A stretch of DNA of 64,000 nucleotides from Pavona decussata (taxonomy: Eukaryota): assembly GCA_977016875.1 (NCBI GenBank), contig CDRNST010000196.1:1426001-1490000 (forward strand), in the 5' to 3' direction. Under the pieces are notes generated by a model. That model saw only the letters and a list, made by a program, of their open reading frames with translations, made no database searches and was not told where the DNA came from. Positions 40,115-51,886 of this stretch are shown here, piece after piece. Numbering within the stretch: position 1 is the first letter of the stretch; each line of letters begins with the position of its first letter. The translations under genes were made by a program, and so were the position numbers.

Positions 40115-41029
40115 ATGGCTGAAGCAGAACTAATCCTTAGTTTGACCACCATTCCATTTCTTGTCGTTGGGTTTATTGGAAATGTGTTGGTTATTCGAAT
40201 CGTGCACAAAACACGAGACATGCACACGCCGACAAACTACTTGTTAGCAAACATGGCTGTTAGCGATGTCATCACCATCTTTTTGGTTCCAGCATCCAAA
40301 TTTGCTAATCATCTTGAATATCAAAGTGATGGATTTAGAACTTTCATCTGCAAGACATTTGGGCTTATTGCAATCTGTGTTACAGTTTCTTCCATTACTC
40401 TTACTGTGCTGGCAGTAGAAAGATATCACGCGTTACTGAAACCTTTCCGAACAGGCTTGCGACTGAAAGAAGACAACATTACATACGCCATTGTCTTCAT
40501 TTGGATCTCAAGTGTTATCATAGGTTTCCCAGCGTTTATTTTTAAAGACTGGAGTGAGAGATATTCCACATGTGTTGGTCCATGGACTTTACACATGAAT
40601 CAGGCGGACAAAGTTTATCTGTTAATAATAGCCACATTTATTTATATCAAGCTCGTGGCGGTGTCTTTTTGTTACGGAGCCTTAATCAGGGGAATTTATT
40701 TTACCAAAACAGTTTGCGCAGGAAGAGCTGGAGAAAGGAATGAGGAAAGAACGCAACTTGTTGTCACATTTATTCTAGCGACTGTTGGATTTTTTATTGG
40801 TAATGCACCAGTTGTAGTTTTCTTTACAATTTTAGCCTCGCAAAGTGATGAACTCTTGGACTCGAAGTTGAACTCTGTTCTTCTTTCCGTGTTTGTTGTG
40901 GTGCTTCATTGTAGTTTATGCTTCAACCCGATTTTGTACGCTTTTCGTAGTACAAACTTTAAGGTAGGTTTCAAACGCATGTTACCGTGTCGTGAGCCGA
41001 TGCCATCAAATGAGATTGAATTGAGGTAA
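40115..41029 (+). CDS. Intronless class A (rhodopsin-like) GPCR, peptide-receptor-like, 304 aa
   Basis: Seven hydrophobic segments; GN (TM1), NMAVSD (TM2), ERY (TM3), W..FP (TM4), CY (TM5), NPILY (TM7); Cys in TM3 and ECL2. The start is placed at ATG 40115 by alignment with the paralog, not at the ORF-track GTG at 40043. Confidence 0.93.
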   Translation: MAEAELILSLTTIPFLVVGFIGNVLVIRIVHKTRDMHTPTNYLLANMAVSDVITIFLVPASKFANHLEYQSDGFRTFICKTFGLIAICVTVSSITLTVLAVERYHALLKPFRTGLRLKEDNITYAIVFIWISSVIIGFPAFIFKDWSERYSTCVGPWTLHMNQADKVYLLIIATFIYIKLVAVSFCYGALIRGIYFTKTVCAGRAGERNEERTQLVVTFILATVGFFIGNAPVVVFFTILASQSDELLDSKLNSVLLSVFVVVLHCSLCFNPILYAFRSTNFKVGFKRMLPCREPMPSNEIELR

Positions 41030-41098
41030 TTATTCATTTTTATTTCTGTTTTAAGTTCATTTGGCTCACGGTTGTTCCAAGAATGTTTATTCTAAAAC

Positions 41099-41186
41099 AA
41101 GGTTGGACACCTTACAATGTTTACACAATGCTAAGTTTGAAAAAAAGATTTTTCTGTTGTGTAAACATAATAAGGTGTCCAACCTT
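41099..41186. repeat. Small palindromic element just 3' of the GPCR stop codon
   Basis: AAGGTTGGACACCTTACAATGTTTACACAA pairs with TTGTGTAAACATAATAAGGTGTCCAACCTT. Confidence 0.75.
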
Positions 41187-44100
41187 TAGCTCACGCAGAC
41201 ATTGTTGACTCCGCCGAATATCCAATATCCACGCTTTATGTAGGCCCCAATGATTTGCGCCTTTAATCTTCTGAGAGAATTAGCTGTTAGCGGCGAGTTA
41301 TAAGTTGATAATATTGGCTAAATGTTCGAATTAGAGGGTAGGGTGAATTTATGCCGGATAGCCTGGAAAATTAGGAGACGCAAAGAGGAAGGCAAATAAG
41401 TCATCATCAGTCACAATAACGAGGTGGTTAGTTTAGCGATTAGTTTTAAATAACAAAATTGTTCGGGCGATAAACAAAAACAAAAACAAAGCAAAAAAAT
41501 CGCCAGAACAAGAATGAAAATGTAATGCGGGCTACACTTTATGAATCGAGTTTTCGTTACGGATTACCGTACATGGCTATACATCGTTAATCTTTATTGA
41601 TAACGCATTGTAATGCATGGACTAGATGTCAGCCTTTAAATTTGTCCTGAATAATAATCTCTTTTTTTTTCTCAATAAAATTCCCAATCTAAACGCTCAA
41701 AGTGATTGTGAAAGAAGGATAAATTCATGATGTTTCATTAATTATTAACAGGATACTCGAAATTCAGCACTAATCCCTTGTGAGTTCAAGTTAACGGGCT
41801 TCTTCTGTATTTCGACGGAACCGGAATCCTAATATGACTAATTCAAAAAGATCACATCCGGTTGTACTGCTACGTAACATAACGACATGACCTATTTTAG
41901 ACAGGTTAAACTTGTTATGATGTAATTTTCGTCTCCGGACGATTTCATCGTATGGTTGTACAAAAATGAATAAAATAGATACCAGGTAACTGCAGGGCTT
42001 CCACTTCTTGCAACAAATTTGTATGTGGGTCATTTTTCCGCGTTCGGTTTTTCGGCTCCTCTTCGTGTAAAAAGCAGACCAGATAAAACACGCGCTGCGA
42101 GTTTTTTGAAAGGCTTTAAAAACTGATTTCCTGGAAAAGCGCGTGTCAAGAGAAATCATAACAATGATGCTTTTGTGAGCTTTGGAAATTAGCATACGAG
42201 AAAAACATTAAACACCGCATACTGTTAAAGAGGGGGAGGTTTTCTCGGGTTTCAAAACCACTGCACGAGATGTTTTATCGACCATTCGATAGATCAATGT
42301 GTTTATGAATTATTAATGAGTTTTTGAAAGTAACATAAAACGAAGAAAAATAAAAAGTATAAACTCCTGTAAAACAATAGTGTGCGGGACAACAAAAGAT
42401 AAAAACAAAGGAAAATATCACCGACTGAGGAATTTTATCCGGCGAACAAGACTTCTAACACATTTTAGTGTTAATGACCTGTTAAAAGGGCTTTTTAATT
42501 TAGATAATGTACATTTGTTTTTCTGCCAAGTTTCTAAGTAACGCATTTCTTCTCGTAGAATTCTATTCTTCAATCATTGCAATAGAATTGCAAAGCAGCT
42601 GTTATTTCATACAATTCAGTGAAAACACTGAGTAATATTTTACAATTATAGACAAAAACAGGGAAAAAAGAGCATGGATAGTGTAAAATATTCAAGGTTG
42701 GTGTAGCAATGAACGTTACAAATGCAAACGCATCACAATTTTCTTTTCGACAAAAACAGATATAATGTTTCGGCTAATTATTGTGAGTTGGGTTTGTTGT
42801 CATGCTCTTCAGTTGATTAATATTTCTCATTCATTATTCTTGAGGTCGTCTTTGTAGACGATAGGCATGGATTACAAGAATAGCTTTGTTGGCGTCTTAT
42901 AAATCAAAGTATCGGTAAGCTCATGGCGACGGAATTGAAGCAGCGACGGAGGACACAGCGAAGAGTCAAGGTATAAAAGCATTTATAATTTTTATTCACA
43001 ATGCCTTTATAATTTTAGTGAAATCCTTTAAGCAGATTACAACTGTGAAATTATCCATTTCCAGAACGCAGTCAATTCCTCCGCTATAAAGACTTTTATG
43101 ATTTAACAATGCCTCATCTCAATTGACACAATGATTTAAAAAATCAGGTAGAGAAAAACGGCGTGATATCAAGTGAAGGCAACCTCCACTGAAAACGTTT
43201 CCCGTTTAATCAATTTTAGGTTTGTTCTTTATTCATCCACTGCGGCTGCTGAATGTACTTCATGCCTCTTTTAATGCGTGTCCTAGTATGCGCAGGCTAC
43301 GAAGAGAACTTGATGAGTCCCTTAATTTACACCTGCCAAGAAAAGAGTTTTATTATAATTTTAACATGCAACTGACAATGTAGACTGAATGCTCAAAACG
43401 ATGTAGTGATATAAATTGAATGCTGATCGTGGTCAATAAAAAGCTTCACATCAAAAATATAATACATTTTTGACATTGAGAACTTCTGCCAATAGATTAG
43501 TTTTGAACTAGACCCAGATGCTTACAAACTAGAGGACGGAGTTGAGGCTTAAAGGTTATTAAACCAAACGAATATGTTATTGCAGTACTTTCTCTCAGCT
43601 TTTCCTCTGTCTGTTTGTTTTCTGGCCATCATGGGGCTCTGTCATTAGAATCTAATTTAAAGTGTGGAAAATCGAATAGGACGAGAAACATTTCTTATCA
43701 TCAAATAAAATAGTGTTGATTTCGTCTGCAAATAATATAATCTATGTATGAGACCATTTTTGTAGCTAGTTGATGTTTCTAAGTATGCGTAGTATAAGAT
43801 GCATTATGTGGACAAGGTAAATAAAGAGAGCTACCTCATAAGCTTCCAATGCTTCCGTAATCATAGGCCGGGCTGGCAGGACATTTTAACCACGTCTCAA
43901 ATCCTTTTGATCTTAGAAAAGAGAATTATATTAGTTAAAGCTGATCTAAGTGCAACTTTAAGCCATAGTGATTCATTAATCGATTAAACACAGGCCTGGC
44001 GTTTTGCGAGGATGTTTCATGTGATTTGAGAGGGCTTGTGTGTCTGCCATTTGCAATCAACAGCTGGCGGCATATGTGCATGTGTTTTGCGAAAATCCTA

Positions 44101-44519
44101 CTAAGAAATACTTGGAGCTGTGCTGTTCTGTGAGTCATCGCAAGTCTTAATTCGACCTTATATATTGTTTCAACGGGATGGAAGTCCATTGGCTTAAAAT
44201 TGAAAACTGTGGAGGTATTCTGACCCTTAAAGGCAGTGAAGGTAAAGTCGCAAAAGAGCCACAAATAGCACACACGGCTGAAGATTAACCCGGTTTCGGT
44301 AACATGCAGCAACTTGGTGAATTTGTTTCAACCTCAGCTGGATGGGATGCTGGTCGATCCCAGGGTTAACCCCAGCAGTATGTTGACAACGCCCCTAGTC
44401 TCACTGTAGGGGGTTTTTTACGTTTCGGTCGTCAATGGAACTCTAATGTCATTTTAAGACAACCATTGAACATCTGCTGTACAGTGTACTGGCTGGGTGT
44501 GTGGAATCTAGACAATAAC

Positions 44520-47305
44520 CTACCTTCCGCTTGAGTCGTTAAAGTTCTTACAAATCGTTCTACAGTCTTGAATGTCCTGTCGCACGTGCTCTAGTAAAGC
44601 CTCGTGTTGTTTGTTCAACTTCTGAAAGAACGTTAATCTCTTCTTTATTCTGTTTGTTGTGTCCTCGTTGATGCAGTTTCTGAAGGCGTCCAGCCGGAGT
44701 TTTTCTTTTTCTATCAACATGTCTTGTTGTCTCTGTGCCTCGCGAAACTTGCTGAGCAAGCCAAGAATTCTTTCGCGGCATTCCGTTCCCTCGTCGCCAG
44801 TTTTGGCCACCTTTTTCCAGTTATGTACCTCTGTTCTGATTTGCACCTGAAAAGATTTCATTTCAATGAGTATTTTTAAAAACTTGTTAAACTTTGCTGA
44901 ACAAAAGTGAGCAAATCTAAGAAGTTTCGGAGGTGGAGGCATCAGTTGTTTTACAATTAGACTGAGAGGTCGGTCGAATCAAGCTTTCTTCTCTCGACGC
45001 CAATTCTCGGGGAGAATTACCACGGGTGAATAAGAGCTCTACTCTAAAACTACAAAGAGACTAAATATATACGGAAGAAAGTGCTGGTGAGTTCATCAAA
45101 TTAAGAGCAAGGATATTTAACGGAGGGGGAAACGTGTGTTGGTAAATGTTGAGCAATAATTTGTAACCTGTAAGATCTTCTTCTGTTCTTGATAATGCTG
45201 GCAGAGTTTAGTAAAGTGTTCAAACTTGTAGTCTGGAGGAGACTGAAGGGTTACTTCTACCTGTTAATAAAAGCAACATCACAAAACTTGAAGCTAAACG
45301 AGAAGGATGGAAATTTCGCCTCTTCCGTTTCATTTTCTTAGTAGATCCTTTGAACTGGTTCTTTGATATTGCTGTCTCTCATGCTTAACATAAGATATCA
45401 ATACTAAGATGTACAAACTCGCATGGAATCACCTTTCTTGCGCTGTACACTTCAGTCAAGCCACATGGTAAGCGACTCTTTCGTTACCAAGAATTATGTT
45501 TTATTCAGTCTCATGTTTAGAGAAAAGTGGACTGCAAGCAACATGGGCACAATATCATCGTTGGATCTGACCCAGTTCTTATATAAGAACAAGCAATCTA
45601 TTGGTACGTTTACAATATTCAAATTCTACTGGGTATTCGTGATGAGCTATGCCAAGACATAATGACTAACTTACCTTCAAGAGCGTTATTTAATTACAAT
45701 GAAACCAACAAAAACATTACGACACACTTGTTGTAAATGTCCACATGACAGTGCTGTCTTCTACCTGTCAAGTTGTCTTTGGACAGTCAGTCAGTAACAG
45801 AAAATACACAAACATGTCTGAAACACACAACGTCAATACAGACGGTAAATACATTGAACACGGGCATTAAAGACATAAAGAACTAACAAGATACATCAAT
45901 GCAAAGACAAAGAATGTTCAAAAATTCTATTTTAAAGGTGACTCACGTCAAGTTTGTTCAAAGTGGACTGAAAGGAAACGGTACAAATGATAAAATTGGT
46001 CTGTAATGATTGCGTAAGGGGACGACAAAATATAAGAGCAAACCAGCAAGGCATGTATCAAGGCATGAAAAGAAATTAAACATAAAAAATGCACCACGAA
46101 ACGCTAAAAAAACGTGCTGCGCAAATACTGAGAAACAGGAAATGCACATAATTGCTAACGTGTATAGCAATGAAATATAATACATTTTGTNNNNNNNNNN
46201 NNNNNNNNNNNNNNNNNNNNNNNNNNNNNNNNNNNNNNNNNNNNNNNNNNNNNNNNNNNNNNNNNNNNNNNNNNNNNNNNNNNNNNNNNNNNNNNNNNNN
46301 NNNNNNNNNNNNNNNNNNNNNNNNNNNCCCCGTCCACACTAATGCATTTCGTTTGAAAACGCACACTTTTTGATAGTTCTTTTTTTACTTTTGAAAACGG
46401 TGACGCAAATAGCGTCACACGACATTGGTTCCAGTCCACATGCTAAAACATGCGTAACCCCAGGTCCCAGTCGTTTACATCTTTTTCGGGCGTTCTGGCG
46501 TGGACAGATGAGAACAACACGTGTGGCCGAAAACATTTTGGTGCATTTTCAGACTTTTAAAAACGCATTAGTGTGAACGGGGCCCGGTGTTGAGTTCATA
46601 GAAACGTTCAGTTTATATGACAAATTTCGTAAGTGCTTATTATACAAAAGTAAAATAAAGGCGTTCTTTACTGCTTAACAGATAATTAAAAGTAAAATAA
46701 AATAAAATAAAAGTTAAATGGAGCTATCAATTTGTAACGGGTGGGAATTAAATTAACATTTTACCGATATAACAAAGTCACCTGATGAATAAAAATATCG
46801 TTTTTTAATCTCACAGTTTAAACCATGAGTTCTCAACAGTTTTATTTCAAATGAGTCTTTCAATGCTCAGTTGTCAAAAAAAGCTTTTACGACTTTCTGT
46901 GCTAACGTGAAAGAAGGCCTTATTGCTTTTCAATTTGCATGACCCTGAAATACCTTTATTAGGCCATATTCCCGTCGTGTCAGATAAATTCAACTTACAA
47001 ATAAGAATCGGAACTACACGTCGTTCGAGTTTTTGGTAGTTAAGCTCTCAAGGCATACGATACCACTTGTTTTTAGTGTGGGTTTTACTTTGATAGACGG
47101 CGATTATTTCAAGTTTTCTTTGTAATGGGCTATGATAAAAACATCGGACTTGTCTGACGTACGACGTGTATTCTCTTCGCTTTCCTTTTAAAAAGGAATA
47201 CGTTTATGAAGTTGAAAACATACAAACCGTGTTGTTGTTTTGTTTGGCAGGTGGTAGTGCGGGTGGTTTATTGGCCAAGCCCATGGAGCTCATTGTTGTT
47301 CCCAT
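44520..47305 (-). CDS. Uncharacterised small helical protein X (about 165 aa) with a predicted N-myristoylation start MGTTMS. Coding exons 47305-47228, 45260-45168, 44846-44520
   Basis: Minus strand: acceptor TTTTCTTTTCCAG|47350, ATG 47305, donor ACG|GTTTGT; 93-nt exon AACAG|GTAGAA...TTACAG|GTTACA; acceptor CTTTTCAG|GTGCAA at 44846; all phase 0. An upstream UTR donor AAG|GTAAGA lies near 48158. Supported by homology to X'. The 3' end could instead splice at AG|GTAGGT next to the stop. Confidence 0.72.
46191..46327. other. Assembly gap (137 N) inside the first coding intron of gene X
   Basis: Run of N. Confidence 1.
46328..46584. mobile_element. MITE with (GG)CCCCGTCCACACTAATGC inverted termini; left tip lost in the gap
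   Basis: CCCCGTCCACACTAATGCATTT ... AAACGCATTAGTGTGAACGGGGCC. Confidence 0.75.
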
Positions 47306-49613
47306 GACAACTGGGCTTGGTGTAAGAAAAGCAATTTCCACGAATTAATTCTGGAAAAGAAAAGGAGAAAAAAAATAGAAATTTTGTGCACAATAATTTT
47401 CCAGCAAAGCATATCTTTGCAGTCTTAGATAATACACTGAATTTATTTTCGTTAGAGATTCCAGCTATCTGAAATGTGCCAATAAAGCCAAGAAGATACC
47501 TGCGTTCGAATCAATAGATTGTTAATGCTTGCTTGTTAATTCCAAGGATTATTGACTATCTCGTATATCTTGTTTGATGAAAATCCTTAATCTGTTTTCC
47601 TATTGGTGTTAAAATTTCTGCCTTTTTCCACTCAAGAAAAATATGTTAAGACCTGTTTGAAACACCGGTAGTTATCATTAGCCTCTAGCCAAAATACGGA
47701 ATTCAAGATATTTCCGAATTCTTGCGGCCAAAGAGTCCAGATTATAGGAATCATTTAGGGATTTCTCATGTGCTTATTATTCTTCTCGTCACGGAATGTA
47801 AATCGGTTGGAGTTTGCAAGATCCATAAAAAAATCCCATTCCTCGGAATTAGAAGATTAAAAATGTAGCTGAATGTCATTTTATATTTGCTTGAAGCAAA
47901 ACAGGAACAGCTGTTAAGAGTTCGCTTCTATGAATTCGAGTAATGTTTGTTTGTTTTGAGCGTACGCTTGCTATGACATTTGCAAATGTGCAAATTGCTG
48001 TAGCTAAATCTTTAGCTGAAAGTACCGCGATGGGTGCAAAACTGGGAGTTATGTTTTCTACTAAGAAGCACTTAAGAGTCTGAATTTGAAAATGCAAGCT
48101 ATACATATAGCTCAGCCCTACCTGAGCGCGGCTTGGACTAGATTAGATAACGTCTTACCTTGTGATAATGTTTATCGTTGAGGTTATATCTCACTACAAA
48201 CTCTCTGTGAGCAAAACACCAGAAGTTAGAACTTGAAAGTTGAAGTGAGGGAAGTTGTGCGATGCTAATTGACCAGCAAAATATTTCCTCTGCCCGTCCG
48301 GTTTGCGACTAAGTGTGCACTTATTTACCGATGGATTTCAGTTGAGTAACTGTTTTGGTGCGAGGCTTGGAACTGAATTGTATCGACTTGTTAAAGGCCT
48401 GATGATGTGAAGTCATCGTGTTCAACGTGCGTGGTGTTGACTGCACGTTTAATACGCCTTACAGTACCAGCCCTATGACACCACATGGGCACAAGTAAAT
48501 GATGCTCTTTAAGCGCTGAAGTTTATTTGGAAGGGCGCGTCCTCAGTTGTCAGCGGCAACACTTCCTAAGGGTGTGGTTTTTGGCGATCATTCAGCAGTT
48601 GTTTCTACTGTGTTTCGTTTAAAAGAAAAAAATTATTGTAAGATTCACACGAAAAGCTTGCATTTGTCGAATCTTTTAAGGTTTTATTTGCATTGCATAT
48701 CCCTCAACATGCTATCAGGTTCTGACAAACTCCAGCTAAAAGAATTTTCCTCCCATAAGTTAAAACACCCTGCAAAATTCTACTGGGATCAACTTGTAAT
48801 TTCTCCTTACTTTTTTAATATTAATGTTTTATAAGTAAAAATATTCAGATTAATAAACATACACCGTATGAAGAATGAAGACTTTGATCTTAAAAATGCA
48901 GTGAAAGGCTTTAACTTGATTCCTTATAAAATTATTTTGCATGGTATCTTTCCTTTTATCAATGTTAGAAAGTAGTGGTACCTAAGTTCTTGGCAGCTCG
49001 AAATGTTGAACAAAATGCAAATATTGCCACCTGTTGACAAGGTACTCTGATGCAAGTCGTCAGAGAAAATCAAAAGGAAAACAGACTTAACGGTGTGGGA
49101 CGTAATTATGCCAGTCCAATTATTTTAAAGGAATACCTATGTTGCTGTAGAGGTCTTGGTTAATTATTCCAAATATTCGAAATAAACAACATGGCGGTTG
49201 AATAAAGGTGGCCGTTAGGGTTTAGGTTCCGTCATGCATATCCGAAGCAACAGTAGATGTGTATCTTTTCTAAACCTCCTCACCCTCACTCCAATGAGCT
49301 CTCCGACTCACATTATTGCAAGTTTATGAGTCAATAGACTGTTTGCGCCTAGACTTTCGTGTACATGTTATCATGATAGCCGCATCGTCTTCAATTTTAC
49401 TGGAGAGGAAACGATGATATAGGAGTTAAAATAAATCTCAGCATTTAACAATTTTTAAATTACTTACAAACAACAAAACTAGTTTTTAGGAATTCTTTTG
49501 CGCGTCTTGCACCATTAGTTGAGACCATCTCTCTCACCCATAGCCTGTCTTGTACGCAACCTAAACATCTGACGCAAAACCATAATCTTTCCTGCGCTAT
49601 AGGGAGGATACAA

Positions 49614-49790
49614 AATAGGCCATTTCCGAGTTGCTGTGAACCTCACTATGAAAGCGAGGCTAAGTGCGAAACTTCTCAAATGAAAATTAGTTTTGTTTGC
49701 ATATGAATGAAAACTAATTTTCATAACAAAAACTTTGCACTTAGCCTCGCTTTCATAATGAGGTTCAAAGCAACTCGGAAATGGTCTATT
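49614..49790. mobile_element. Palindromic MITE, copy 2 (opposite orientation to 30088-30263)
   Basis: AATAGGCCATTTCCGAGTTGC ... GCAACTCGGAAATGGTCTATT. Highly similar to copy 1; the spurious ORFs over both copies share [14 protein letters not shown]...[18 protein letters not shown]. Confidence 0.88.
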
Positions 49791-51452
49791 GATCTTTTCG
49801 CCGGACTGGAGATACATTGGGAACCCAGTGCGTTTTTATGCATGCTGTTTGTTTGTTTGGGTCAGCTATCACCAGTTCATAAGCGTTTTGGCGCGAAAGG
49901 AGTACTGGAAAGACATTTTTAACAGTCAAGTATACACGTTATCTGTTCTCAGCAATCAGCACTACCCTCCCTCCTCACCCAAGAAACACCAAGGATGCGT
50001 TTTTTGGGACATATTCCGGAAAAACATATTCGAAAATCAGAACATCTCGAAAAATGTAACATATTTTTTATCTAAAACATTAATGAGAATTCCATTATTT
50101 TACTTTGGCTATTCGAATGTTTTTCGTTACTCGGGCAACAGATACAGCATAGATTTTTTCGTGTATTCCTTCTTCAGAATACACAGAATGTTTCCCCTAA
50201 AAAACGCGCCCCTAGCCACTAACCTGTGTTAAAAATAACTGGTGGAAACATTTGCGTAAGGAGGCCCGTGAGGATTGTGGCATGATTGTAGTTTTTTTGA
50301 AATAAACACAGACTGGACTGAAGAGTCTGTTCACGAATGTGAGGAGACTATAAATATCGTTACAACTCTGGTTTGGGACATTACTTTGAGGCTAATTCTG
50401 ACGTGATTGCTGTGCAACATCTCAACGAAACTAAAATAACCTCAAAGTTTCATTTTTGGACTATCTGAAAAATTAAGATTGTGATCTACCATTTTTCCAG
50501 AATTATTACATAAATTTATCCAGTAGATCTTACCCTCTATCAAATTTGTTGTTGTTGTTTACAGAAATTTTTACTGGATGACTTTCCCCCAAACTTTTCT
50601 GCAGACCAAATGTTGCGTTTACACATGCAAAAAGAAAAAAAAATCAGCATGGATTCGAAAAAGTTTCCAAATTGCAGCATTACTGTTTCCTGCAGGAAAA
50701 TTCGAATGATTTCACTTAGACTTAGTATCTAGCCGCGTGCATCTCCATGCATCCAGGCTGTCCCACCTCATGGCTTGGCGCATGCGCTGGTCTCTTTTTC
50801 CACGACTTAATTACAATTATAATGTTAGAAATTGTTAAAAATTGTTAGCGCAGAAAATAAAACCATCATTTGCATACGTAGTTAGACAAAAGACGTTTCT
50901 ATTTTCTGTGTTTTGATTGTACTGTGTTAAAATCCAAACTAGTCTGTATGAAACAACATTAACCACTTGTCTTTTCTTGGTTATAATGCTCAATTCCAAA
51001 CTTTTTAAGAGCAAACAAACAAACACCTTTCGATTAAAACTTGCCTGTCCACCATCTTTGGGACTCTTTGAATATAAATATTTATGGTTTTCCGGCAAAT
51101 TAATACACCAAAATTTCACCGGCTCGTTTCTGATTGGTCAACGCATAACCGCTATTATTATTTTTGGTTAATAAAAGAGAACGTTTTTAGCATTTTGAAA
51201 AGTAAATTGAGCAAGTTTTTGAAAATAATTTAAATTTTAAACCTTTGTTAAATTTTAATTTTGTTATGTTTTAGTATTTTATGCAGTTTTAAAATAGCAT
51301 ATATTGATATTATTTTTTCTAGTTCATGCACGGAAAACTCCAGGAGATTCCTTTAACGTTTTTACATAATTAAAACTTGTTGTTGTTATTGAAAGCTCAC
51401 GCACACTGTTCTTCTCTTGCGTTTGATGTTTGTCGGTCGAATTCACGCTCAC

Positions 51453-51459
51453 TATAAAA
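51453..51459 (+). promoter_or_regulatory. Candidate TATA box for gene X'
   Basis: TATAAAA about 85 bp upstream of a possible UTR-exon donor near 51537 and about 430 bp upstream of the ATG. Confidence 0.3.
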
Positions 51460-51886
51460 AATTCGGGAATCTAATTTCTGTCTTCACATTTGGTTTCACT
51501 CTCGGATCCAGTTCACCCTGTTCGATCTCCAAGACGGTAGTGCTCGCTACCCTCCCCTCCCTCTAAAAAAGGGCATTTCACACTGTGAAGCGAATATTGC
51601 TTCGCTATGCCTAAACAACGGTTAATCTCATCTTTGTCACCAGAATGAAGTGTAAAAAGGAGCTTATGAAATCAGGATTAGCAATGTGATATATTCTGTA
51701 TCCGATTCAAAAAAGCATGGTAGGTGAATGGTAGTTTAATATGACTTAGATAATGCGCAGAACTATTTAAAAGCCTTATGCTTTATCAGCTGCGCCGAAT
51801 GGACGTCAAACTACATTTTCGTTTCCGATCATTCAGGTCCTTTGAGTTGACAAGTTTTGATTGCGGATATTAGAATCAGTTATAAG

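Noticed and set aside
44847-44942. ORF-track N-terminus MPPPPKLL... for X and MNLVISFLQ for X'
   Set aside because: Intronic read-through upstream of clear acceptors; the spliced models align better between the paralogs.
45958-46185. Hydrophobic 75-aa ORF beside the assembly gap
   Set aside because: T-rich intronic sequence of gene X next to Ns; no homology evidence.
49515-49922. Similar short ORFs at 30138-30338, 49515-49817 and 49707-49922
   Set aside because: They derive from the palindromic MITE, not from a peptide gene family.
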